Origin: Octopus vulgaris
Lineage: Eukaryota
Reading direction: 5' to 3'
DNA length: 64,000 nt
Assembly (NCBI GenBank): GCA_951406725.2
Contig: OX597822.1
Span: 101,804,001-101,868,000 of the forward strand
The position numbers were made by a program, and so were the translations under genes. Position 1 is the first letter of the stretch, and the number at the start of each line of letters is the position of its first letter. Below the pieces are notes generated by a model. That model had not been told where the DNA came from and did not search any database. It was given only the letters and a program-made list of their open reading frames with translations. This document shows, piece after piece, positions 1 through 11,731 of this stretch.

Positions 1-54
1 AGCTCATCTAGCACCAAGCAATGAGCACAAAAGTTGAGCTCAACATTATAAACT

Positions 55-398
55 CTCTCTCTTTACTCTTTTACTCGTTTCAGTCATTTGACTACGGCCA
101 TGCTGGAGAACCGCCTTTAGTTAAGCAAATCGACCACATGACTTATTCTTTGTAAGCCTAGTACTTATTCTATCGGACTCGTTTGCCGAACCGCTAACTT
201 ACGAGGACGTAAACACACCATCATCAGATATCAAGCGATGTTGGGGCGACAAACACAGACACACAAACACACATATATATACATATACATATATACGACG
301 GGCTTCTTTCAGTTTCCGTCTACCAAATTCACTCACAAGGCTTTGGTCGGCTCGAGGCTATAGTAGAAGGCACTTGCCCAAGGTGCCACTTGCCCAAG
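55..398 (-). mobile_element. SINE family A (tRNA-headed, CORE-like, internal TA/TG microsatellite), head missing
   Basis: Matches the full copies at 36913 and 43602; tail GTCAAATGACTGAAAC..GTAAAAGAG on minus. Confidence 0.85.
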
Positions 399-685
399 CT
401 ATTGAAACATGAAAAGTAACGTTTCATCATACAGTGATGAATTGTTAAACGAACTCTGAGATGCAAGTTTGTAGTTTAATGCGACGAATTGCCTAGGGTT
501 AAATGCTTTAGGGATAGAGAAAATAAAGAAACTGCATAGCGACTTGTTTGTTTCCTTCCGCCATGGTTATCTGATCATTCAGCAATAATTATTTAAGTGC
601 AAAACCAGAACTATAAAAGTAACCCTACTTAATTTTGAACCAATGTCAAGAATTTGACGTTCAAAACAGATAAGATTTTACGACA

Positions 686-998
686 TCAGTATAATCTGAA
701 AGAGAGAGTGAGAGGGGATTGGGAGAGAAAGAGTGGAAGAAGGACAGGAAGAGCAGATGTTACCCTAATAGAATTCAGACAAGAAAATATTATTTCAATG
801 TAATTCGAAGGAGCAGATATGACATTAATATAATTGCAAGGAGCATTTATTAATCCGATATTACTGGAGACAGCAGATGTTAATCCAATATAATTAGAGA
901 GGGCACATATCACTCCGATATAAACGGAAGTTATTGGATAACCAGCTGAAAGGTCATTAGTTCGTGTCCTGTCACCAGCAATGACAACAGGCATAACT
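686..998 (-). other. Candidate terminal exon/ORF containing a degenerate 30-bp (10-aa) repeat
   Basis: Six indel-free 30-mers at 751-930; open frame on minus; TTCCAG acceptor immediately before 998. Confidence 0.25.
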
Positions 999-1004
999 CT
1001 GGAA

Positions 1005-1423
1005 AAGGCGGCGAGCAGGATGAGTCGTTAGCACGCCGGGCGAAATACTTAGCGGTATTTCGTCTGCCGCTACGTTCTGAGTTCAAATACCACCGAGATC
1101 AACTTTGCCTTTCATCCTTCCGGGGTCGATTAAAAAAGTACCAGTAACGCAATGGGGCCGATATAATCGACTTAATCTGTTTGCTTGTCCTTGTTTGTCC
1201 CCTCTGTGTTTAGCCTCTTGTGGGTAGTAAAGAAATAGGTATTTCGTCTGCCGCTACGTTCTGAGTTCAAATTCCGCCGAGGTCGACTTTGCCTTTCATC
1301 CTATCGGAGTGGATTAAATAAGTACCAGTTACCACCTGGGATCGACGTAATCGACTTAATCCGTTTGCCTGTCCTTGTTTGTCCTCTCTGTGTTTAGCCC
1401 CTTGTGGATAGTAAAGAAATAGG
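1005..1423 (+). mobile_element. SINE family B (Meta/MESC-like core), body duplicated in tandem
   Basis: Head AAGGCGGCGAG, core GCCTTTCATCCTT-GGGGTCGAT..AAGTACCAG; TSD AGGCATAACTCTGGAA at 989-1004 and 1421-1436. Confidence 0.9.
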
Positions 1424-2421
1424 CATAACTCTGGAAGGAACATTCCCCTTAATTATAAATAGGTTATCACCAAGTATTCACTCTAAGTTTAAACGCTTAC
1501 AGTGGCAAGTTCAATTTCGCACTCAAACACAAAAGAAATTCGACCTGCGATATACAGGATACTGTTTAGAAATAACTGCTTTAAACGTTTTTCTGTTGTC
1601 ATGGTAACGAAATATAAAATCAATAAGTAAGGTGACTTATAGAATGACATTGTTTTTAAAAGACGTCATCTTAGATGAAAAGCTGTTTTCGTCTCAACAG
1701 TAAAGTTTATTTATAATCTCTGAAATGTAGCACATAACTTTCCATAACCAAGGTCACTGCCACTTTAAAAACGGAAGGATTTAATGTTCCTTAAAGGAAT
1801 TCTTGCGTTATAGTGATAACGAAAGCGTCAACACCATCAACAATGGAAAACATCAGCAATAAATAAAACAAAGTTTTAAGCAGATTCCAAAATTTTGAAC
1901 TACATTAAGTGACGGAAAGTGATTTTAATTCATGAAGCAACAAAACAATATGAAACCAAATAAATAGTTATTTTCTGATTTAGGCTCAAGGCTAGCAATT
2001 GTGTGGGAAGGAGAAGTAGATAGTTAATATCATTGACCTCAGTACTTATCCGGTAGTTTGTTTTATCGACCCAGGGGGAATGAGAAGCAAAGTTGTCCTC
2101 GGCGAAATTTGAACTCGAATACAAAAACAAAAGCAATTTTCTGATATTTTAACGGCTTTACAATCTCACCGTCATTATAATGACTATTGACTTAGTTACA
2201 GGCCAACAAATTCGCGAATTTGAGAGAAGAGCGTTCGTCGCTATCATCAACCCAGTACTTGAATGATATTTTATTTTATTGAGCCCGAAACGGGAAGGTC
2301 AAATTTGAGGGATTTGAATGCAACGAAGTTTAATGTGTCAAATACAGTGACAGGAATATAAGCATGTTTACTGATTGTTATAAGATCTTATATGAGAATA
2401 ATATTTTAATATGAATATTTA

Positions 2422-2640
2422 AGAAGGCAGTGAGCTGCCGCAATCGTTAACGTGCCGGGAAAAATGCTTAGCGGCATTTCATCCGTCTTTACGTTCTGAG
2501 TTCTAATTCCGCCGAGGTCGACATTGCCTTTCATTATTTCGGGGTCGATAAAATAAGTACCAGTTGAACACTGGTGCCGATTAAATCGACTTACCACGCC
2601 ATCAAAACTGCTGGCTTTGTGCCAAAATTTGCTACCAATA
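2422..2640 (+). mobile_element. SINE family B, alternative-tail subfamily
   Basis: Same head and core as 1005, but ends GCTGGC-TTGTGCCAAAATTTG. Confidence 0.8.
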
Positions 2641-4464
2641 TGGGTAATTAAGTATAAAAGGGGAAAGAGGCGTCGAGATAACTGAATTATGAAAACGCCA
2701 GTAGAATTTGCGTAATTTTTAATGAATGGAAAGCTTTCCTGTGAGGTTGTTGCTGCCATACTTAGAATAATGTTTCTCACGAGGTTAGACCTGAAGAGCA
2801 TGTTTGAAAGAATTGAAACTGTGGTGGAGAGATTGGCACATTTAATTAATGAAATAAAGGTATTTTTTTAAGAATTTAACTTGTCCAGCACCACAGCGAA
2901 GATAAAAAGAATTATGTGGGTGCAACGTTTTAAAGGTCTTCTCGCTGACGAAGTGTTTGAGAGGTAAAACACTTTACCTAATATCTTTTCTTATTGAGAT
3001 GGTTTTGGTGCTCTATTATTTATTAATATGAGTTCTGATGATTGGTTTTAATATGCCTTAACCACATATCAAAACCAATCCTGTAAATCTATAGTCAATG
3101 CCTCGCCAATTTCTTGTGATTTGTTTTCGTACTCATACTCTTTTTCAAGCTTTTATAAGTTTCTAGGAGTATCAGAATCTGACAGAGTACTAAAAGTGAA
3201 AAGTTGCATAAGGCTGGTTAGCAGGTCGAAAACTACAGAGCGAATTAGTCGGTGTCTTAGCAGCTCTTGGGTTAACTTGAATCACTTCGCCGAGTCGTAG
3301 TGATTTAACTAAAATTTAATACAAACACTGAAAGATATATAAGTACTAATTTGTTGGTTGATCCATTTATATATATAACCTGTGTACGTTTCAGGATTTA
3401 ATATTTTACGAACCTGGAGTGTACTCATTGCTAAATCGGTACTCTGTAAGGTGTAAAGCCCAGATTTGGAAAATATTAAGTCACTGAGTGACGTAGCTAA
3501 TCTATATATATGTGGGTGTGTGTCTGTATATGTGTGGGTAATAATAATTTCATATAGGTATTAACCATAGAGTTAATACCTATAGAGTTTACCCTGCTAA
3601 GCTCAACCACAGGTATAGATTATCAGATAAGACAGAAATCTGGAGATTGTTTTATCAAGCACGTGTCTGAAAATTCAGAAATATCTTTGAAGATTTTACA
3701 ATTACAAACAATAATAATGATAAGAACATTCTTATGTGAAACTTCAAAAAGTCGATGACAGTCGGTTTCGAATTTTGACACAAGGCAAGCAGATTTGAAG
3801 GTAGGCGAAATACAGTTACATCAACTTGAGTACTTGGCTGGTACCTATATTTTTCTGATGGAATAAATATACATTAAGAACAATAAAAGCATTATTGATG
3901 AACACAGGTAGAAAACCTTGTTGGTGAAATAGCAACTGTTAACAAACCAATATTTTATTATAGCACTTGATAACAAATCCTTCTGTCTGCTTTTTTTATT
4001 TTTCTATTCTTTTTGTCTATTCATATCGTTTCATTGACCAGTTAATCCAAACCTTTGATCTCATTTTTTTTTTGTGATATGCAAATGTAATTATGTAAAC
4101 GCATCCAACTGGATATGGGCATAAATTCTTAATACCTCAAGTTCCGAAGAGCAAATGACTTTTATTTTTATGCATAATGCTAATGAGTCTGATTGGGTAT
4201 GTTCACTGGCCCTCAAGAATCAATAATTGCATTTATTATTGCATAATATAGCAGTATTGATGTGACCGAAATCACATGAAACAATTGTAAATTGATGCAA
4301 CAAAAAGACTTCATTTTTGGTGTAGATACACACACACACAATGTGCATACATACGTATACACCCACACACACATATATATATATTCACACACACACACAC
4401 ACACACATATATTCATACACACACACACGCATATATATATATAGTTTGTTTTTTTGTTTTTTTT

Positions 4465-4834
4465 TCACTTGTTTCAGTCATTTGACTGCGGCCATGCTGG
4501 AGCACCGCCTTTAGTCGAGCAAATCGACTCCGGGACTTATTCTTTGTAAGCCTAGTACTTATTCTATCGGTCTCTTTTGCCGAACCGCTAAGTGACGGGG
4601 ACGTAAACACACCAGCATCGGTTGTCAAGCAATGCTAGGGGGACAAACACATACATATATATATACATATATACGACGGGCTTCTTTTCAGTTTCCGTCT
4701 ACCAAATCCACTCACAAGGCATTGGTCGGCCCGGGGCTATAGCAGAAGACACTTGCCCAAGATGCCACGCAGTGGGACTGAACCCGGAACCATGTGGTTG
4801 GTTAGCAAGCTACTTACCACACAACAACTCCTGC

Positions 4835-4838
<4 letters not shown>
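4465..4838 (-). mobile_element. SINE family A
   Basis: Near full-length match to other copies; followed by (TA)n. Confidence 0.9.
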
Positions 4839-4886
<48 letters not shown>

Positions 4887-5179
4887 AATCATTAAATGAA
4901 TGAAATATTTCACTAGTTTTATTGAAGTTGCTTTAAATAACTGCTTGTGTTTATCTTATGTACAATCAATCTTTCGATTGTCTGCCATATTCTTTTACTT
5001 AATCCAATAAGCTGACATATTGACCAAGTGGATTTTCCGCTAGATGACATAATCTATATCGAATAAATTTTTAAGCAGAGTTAAGTATTACTCTTGCCAT
5101 TTGTATAGTTAGAGGTTTTGTTAGTTTTCATCTATTTACTTTTTTTCTTCGTCAGACTTGAGCAATGTTTATTTTTTTC

Positions 5180-5223
5180 TCTCTCTCTCACTCACACTCT
5201 CTGTCTCTGTCTCTGTCTTTCTC

Positions 5224-5299
<76 letters not shown>

Positions 5300-5653
5300 A
5301 TGCTGACTTTCAAAAGCTTACGAATTACTTTTACACACAAAATAATTTTCACGTGTGAAAATTGTGTTCTGTTTATTTAGAGTCGTTCTTTCTCCTCATT
5401 CTCTTCTTCTTCTTCTTCTTCTTCTTCTTCTTCTTCTTCTTCTTCTTCTTCTTCTTCTTCTTCTTCTTCTTCTTCTTCTTCTTCTTCTTCTTCTTCTTCT
5501 TCTTCTTCTTCTTCTTCTTCTTCTTCTTCTTCTTCGTCTTCATCTTCTTCTTCGTCGTCGTCTTCTTCTTCTTCTTCTTCTTCTTCTTCTTCTTCTTCTT
5601 CTTCTTCTTCTTCTTCTTCTTCTTTTCTGTCCTTCTTCATCTTCTTCTTCTTA

Positions 5654-5735
<82 letters not shown>

Positions 5736-5752
5736 TATCATCATTATTATCA

Positions 5753-5812
<60 letters not shown>
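5180..5812. repeat. Microsatellites (CT)n, (CTT)n, (ATT)n
   Basis: Direct reading. Confidence 0.95.
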
Positions 5813-5815
<3 letters not shown>

Positions 5816-6605
5816 GTCCAGCGTCGCTCGACGTTATTGGACAACATGGACCTGCCTCTCCAGGTTCCGAGCTGCAGGCCCACTGACTTTTGGTTAATTT
5901 TTACTCCTGTCCCTGTCTCGTAAGCCCTTAGAATAGTGCAAACAATGTCTAGGTGCCTGCCGTCCGACGCTGTGACGGTGACGTCGTTTACGTATACTGA
6001 CACGGTTGTCCCACGTACTAGGTCGCGCGGGCTCCCTCTCAACGTCTCCAATTTCCGCAGTAACGGCTCTAGTACCAGTACATACAGACCGAACGCATGA
6101 TGTTGAATAATTCCGATAAGTAACCATTCTCTCTAACTACCGAGCAAATGTTGCTGTACATTGCAGTGATCCAGCCACGGAAAGCGAGACCGAAACGAGC
6201 TGCCGTGCGAACAGCCACCAAGTATTGGTGGTCGACCCTATCGAAAGCTTTAGATTGACCCAGATTCATCAGAGCTCCACCCATGCCAGGTTCCTTACCC
6301 ACCCTGTCTATGCTGTATCGCATGAGTTGGAGGTTGTCGTGGATGGGTCTACTTGGGATAGCGCATGTTTGAGCATCATCAATCAGTTCCTCGACAAGCG
6401 GCAAACTTTTTGCTAAGACCTTGGACAAACTTTTGAAGTCTTCGTTCAGCAGCGTTATGGACCGAAAATTTTCTATTTGATTCCTCCTACTTTGGGTCCT
6501 TCGTAGCAGCGCCAGAACTCCTTGTCTCACAGAATTGGGAATTCTCCCGTTCTGCTGCTTGTTGCAGTAGATATCTGCCAAAGGGCCGCCGAGCAAATCT
6601 GGCAA
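5813..6605 (-). mobile_element. L1/Tx1-like LINE reverse transcriptase fragment (inverted segment)
   Basis: ORFs give IENFRSITLLNEDFK, KAFDRVDHQYL, VSVYVNDVTV (YADD equivalent) and GVKINQKS; frameshifts present. Confidence 0.85.
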
Positions 6606-6859
6606 ATAGAAGTGTAACGAGACATCAGTTAATTTCTTAATAAACATCAAGGTAGTTAGATCCGGTAATTGACTGCAACGAGTTTTGTAGAGGTTGTGAG
6701 GAGAGGTAGAAATGCCATAGTTGTATGAATAGTGTTTTCTGATCGGCGTTAATTTAGCAACGTTTTGTCGTCTGGACGAACAACTGATGTATTTACATCT
6801 CGATGTCTTCTGAGGAACTGATTTTGTCTTTCAAAACACGCGCTTCACCGCTGGGTCAC

Positions 6860-7903
6860 ATGTATCCTTGACGGAGCTGTAGTCCTGGGTAAAGAAAAGA
6901 CCGAGTCTGGCCGCCTGGCACCTAGAATATCGTCAGGCGCTCACCAGTCGAACAATGGGATTGGTGGATGTTCCGCTTTTGAAATTTATAGGGGATTAGT
7001 GGCGGTGTAGTGCAACGACTTTCTCGGAGAGACTCAGGGCGCCGACGATAACTAATTGGCTAGTCTGTTTTGGAGGGCTTTCCAATCGGGGACTATCATG
7101 GATAATTTCCAAATGTCCTTGGCCTGACATTGCTACCGAGGGACGCTACCGGTTCGAGACAAGCTCTACAGACACGGATATGTTGTCAGACGAACTTGTG
7201 CAAGATGCGCACAGAGTGATGAAACCGTTCTGCACACCCTCATTCAGTCTCCGGGTATTGCTGACTTGTGGGGTTATGTTAAACAGCTGCTGTCACGTGT
7301 GGGACGGATCTGTCTGTCGGTCAAGTCTGTAATGACGATTGCACCACCGCCCTCCTTCAATCGGTCAGGTAAGGCAGTTTTCCTTTGCCCCGTGGTTGTG
7401 ACGAAGGAGGTTTTTTGACGAACAAGGCTGAAAGGCATGAGGACAGATACATTCCTCTTTGGTAGAGCTGTCAGGGACTTTTTGAAGTTTCACTTGAAAA
7501 GGAAATTGAGAGTGGAGAGGGAAGTGTTGTCCTCGAGTGAGTCGCGAAAGTTGAGAAAATGGCAAGAGTGGATGGTACCCCTCTAAGTGTAGACCTGTTA
7601 ATCGGAGAGAAGGAATTAGAGAGGACACTTACTCATAGGGTTTCAGGGAAATCACCGATACTGGGATTGTCCCTAGAGGCGTTCTTGTATCAGAAGGGCC
7701 ACACCTCTGTCATCCTCCCACCACCTTTTATTTATTTATTTTTATCTTTGTATTCTATGCATATGTCCCTTCTTTTCCAGTGTATACCATGTATACTTTT
7801 CTTTTTTATATATCATTTCACTATTATATGCAAACTCTCACATTTCATGTCTGTCTCTGTATTGTCCTTCTCAGCTTTAGCCCTTGTGGCAAATAAATGA
7901 AAT
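6860..7903 (+). mobile_element. L1/Tx1-like LINE C-terminal (zf-RVT-like) region plus 3' UTR
   Basis: Reads CYRGTLPVRDKLYRHG...CARCAQSDETVLH...DLWGYV; pyrimidine-rich UTR ending AATAAATGAAAT then (ATT)n. Confidence 0.75.
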
Positions 7904-7920
7904 CATTATTATCATTATTA

Positions 7921-7969
<49 letters not shown>

Positions 7970-7970
<1 letters not shown>

Positions 7971-8489
7971 GAGTGAGAGAGCAGTGCATGCCATAAAAGT
8001 GACACTGGGGTAAAATATACGAAGCCCAGTATACCCATCATGACTACTCGTCTGATAAGGGTACACCAGGCACATGCGTCACAACCATATGTGCGCGACA
8101 TGGTGATCTCATATGAAGATAAACAGCACATAACCTTGCAGGTGAGGCCCAGTTAGAATTTTCTGGTCGAGTAACCCATCCCGCTCAAAAGGTCCCTGAA
8201 TAAGGGTTGTTTAAGGATGTTGAACGAAACACCCATGTTTCCAGAGGTGAATTATTCAAATCCCAAGGAATCCCTCTCAACGCATGGCTATGATGCTCCA
8301 CCACCACTTCTGCTCGTGATCAGAGATGCACGTATTGTCAGCCACTAAGGGACATGCTCAACTGGTTATGGTCAAACAACTGACAAGCAAATCTGTGGTA
8401 TTGAGCAGAATATTTGCTGTAGCCCATCTTTTATACCAAGACAAAATAATGTACATGATAACACTTCCAATTAGTTAAGATAAGAAGCC

Positions 8490-8490
<1 letters not shown>
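7970..8490 (-). mobile_element. Non-coding element embedded in (TAA)n arrays
   Basis: Homologous to 29131-29521 and 30983-31275; bounded by TAA repeats. Confidence 0.75.
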
Positions 8491-8555
<65 letters not shown>

Positions 8556-8557
8556 AC

Positions 8558-8627
<70 letters not shown>

Positions 8628-8809
8628 TATTGTTATTATTATTATTATTTATTATTATTATTATTATTTATTATTATTATTATTATTATTTATTATTAAT
8701 ATTATTATTATATTATTATTATTATTATATTATTATTATTATTATCATTATTATTATTATATTATTATTATTATTATTTATTATTATTTATTATTATTAT
8801 TATTATTTA

Positions 8810-8854
<45 letters not shown>

Positions 8855-8954
8855 TATTATTATTATTATTACTATACTATTATTATCATTATTATTATTA
8901 TTATCATCATCATCATCATTATCCTCATCATCATCATTATTATTATTATTGTTG

Positions 8955-9010
<56 letters not shown>
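8491..9010. repeat. (ATT)n microsatellite
   Basis: Direct reading. Confidence 0.95.
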
Positions 9011-9012
<2 letters not shown>

Positions 9013-10008
9013 ACAATACCAGGCTATACAAAGTAATTATTATCGAGAACTAGACTATATTTCCATTACATGAATATGAAACACACACAGAATAAGAACT
9101 CTCAGAGGACTGCTTCGGTATATATTAACTATCATAAACAGCGATGGCAATTGTTTATATCTTCATTTAGTTAAATTATCGTCTAATATGATATTTTACA
9201 ATTCTCTAAAGTCCTATGTATTCATAACTAAATCTATCAAACCTTCATAATCACTCTGTCTTACATCACATTGCGATTTATATCACATAAGAAAGCGAGT
9301 GGAGTGCAGTAGACGCTTGCGACAGATGTAGAAATATCCAATCACTCGTCACGTCATATATTCGACTTCATGATAGATTGTATTATATGATAATCTGCAT
9401 TTAATAACAACCGAGATTAATGTTGGTTTGTTTGTTGGTTTGTTGGTTGGTAAGTTGATTCTCCAGCTACGTTTTGTATCGAATAGACAGACTGAGGATG
9501 ACGTGGGAGTTAAAGAGAGACAGATAATTAATGTAAGGAGTGCGGAATTAATGCACATACGTCGTTTCTTAAGTAAGTGAGACGAATAAGAAAATGCTTA
9601 AATGCTGATTATTAAACATCGATTTTGTTATGGAATTTTGATTTTGATTTTGTTTTTCTACGGAATGATGGAGTTAATTTACGAAAATATCATCGAAGAA
9701 TATAAGATTTTTGCTTAAAAAACAAAAAAAATTAGATTGAACATTGACAATTCTTTTCCGTATTACTTTTTGTTTCCGTTCCGAAATGAGTTGTCAATTT
9801 GCGATTAATTTTGCACGCACGCATACACACACACACAGATACACAAACACACACATACACACACACACACGCACACACAAGCACACACACACACTCACTC
9901 GTTTACACATGCACGCACACACGAACACATAAACGCATACAAATACACACACGAATGAACATGTATGTATATATGTGTATGTGTGTTTGTGTGTGTGAGA
10001 GTGTTTTC

Positions 10009-10054
<46 letters not shown>

Positions 10055-10450
10055 ATACGGAGAGGGGGAGAGCGCGAGAGAGGCATAACCCAGTTTGGCA
10101 GCCTTCATCTATTTCAATTCATACAACTTACTGAAAAGTACAAATTTTCTTTAAAGAAATTTTGCAGAGATAGATTTTCAATAGAGTAGTTTGTGATTAT
10201 GTTTGTAAAATGTCGAAAAATAATAACCTATGTTTATTGCTAATGTACAAACGAGAATTTTGTTCTGTATATTTTATTTTAAGGCAGAATATATTTTTCT
10301 TTGGAATTAGTATTCATTTCACCATTTTATAGAAACACCAAGATATTTGATAAAGTTGAATCACAATTATTGTATGTATGCTATATTTCATTATATTACC
10401 CACAGTAGCAAAAGTATACATCCACCAAAGTTAGTATAATATTTATCATG

Positions 10451-10900
10451 TGGAGGCACATAGCCTAGTGGTTAGAGCAGCAGACTTGCAGTCGAGGGAT
10501 CGCGGGTTCGAATCTCAGACCGGGCGATGTGTGTGTTTATGAGCGAAACGCCTAAGCTCCACGCGGCTCCGGCAGAAGGTAATGGCGAACTTCTGCTGAT
10601 AATTTAGTTAAATTATCGTCTAATATGATATTTTACAATTCTCTAAAGTCCTATGTATTCATAACTAAATCTATCAAACCTTCATAATCACTCTGTCTTA
10701 CATCACATTGAAATTTATATCACATAAGAAAGCGAGTGGAGTGCAGAAGACCCCACAACTTCCTCTCACTCTTTCCTCCTGCATCTTGCAGCTCACCTGC
10801 GACGGACCGGCATCCCGTCCAGGTGGGGAACCCATACGCCAAGGAAACCGGGAAACCGGCCCTTATGTGCCAGGCGTGGCTGGAGAAGGAACAAACAACA
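10451..10900 (+). mobile_element. SINE family C head with V-domain-like tail, interrupted by a 145-bp local copy
   Basis: tRNA-like A/B boxes (TAGCCTAGTGG, GGTTCGAATC); tail CTGCGACGGACCGGCATCCCGTCCAGG. Confidence 0.8.
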
Positions 10901-11189
10901 ATAACATATTATTTATCATAAGTGCACGATTTAAGGCTCAAATAGAAAGCTGAAGTCCATTCCATATATAAACTCCGTTTACATTCTTTGAGCAATAAAT
11001 CTTCTTAAGATAGCGAATTGGTCGAGTAATTAGAAAGCTGTATTGAATGCTTTGTGCTATTCGTTTCTGCTCTCAAGTTTCTACATTCAAATTTCATCCT
11101 GGCCAACTTTATCTGTTACCCTTTCAACATCAACGAATAACGTAATTGTCGTGCACAGATATCAATTCTTCTATCCCCTATATCTCTGA

Positions 11190-11233
<44 letters not shown>

Positions 11234-11327
11234 CTTCACCCTCTCTCTCCCATTCTCTGGGCAGTAACTGTAGTTCATGAAGTCAGCATTATGTTGTGTG
11301 ACACTGACTCGGCCTAAGATTTACTAT

Positions 11328-11731
11328 ATTTCTTTATTGCCCACAAGGGGCTAAACACAGAGGGGACAAACAAGGACAAAGGGATTAAGTCGATTACATT
11401 GACTCTAGTACGTAACTGGTACTTAATTTATCGACCCCGAAAGGATGAAAGGTAAAGTCCACCTCGGCGGAATTTGAACTCAGAACGTAGCGGCAGACGA
11501 AATACCTATTTCTTTACTACCCACAAGGGACTAAACACAGGGGGGGACAAACAAGCGGATTAAGTCGATTACATTGACCCCAGTGCGTAACTGGTACTTA
11601 ATTTATCGAGCCTAAAAGGGTGAAAGGCAAAGTCGACCTCGGCGGAATTTGAACTCAGAACGTAACGGCAGATGAAATACTGCTAAGCATTTCGCCCGGC
11701 GTGATAACGATTCTGCCAGCTAGCTGCCTCA
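11328..11731 (-). mobile_element. SINE family B, duplicated body
   Basis: Reverse complement of the 1005 type. Confidence 0.9.

Noticed and set aside
751-930. CRISPR-like periodicity
   Set aside because: Contiguous degenerate units without spacers; eukaryotic context; no cas genes
2945-2976. CTGACGA followed by a hairpin
   Set aside because: No GAAA or stem III after the hairpin
5355-5897. Poly-L/F/I/Y ORFs and the many YIYI, CVCV and HTHT ORFs across the window
   Set aside because: Translations of microsatellites
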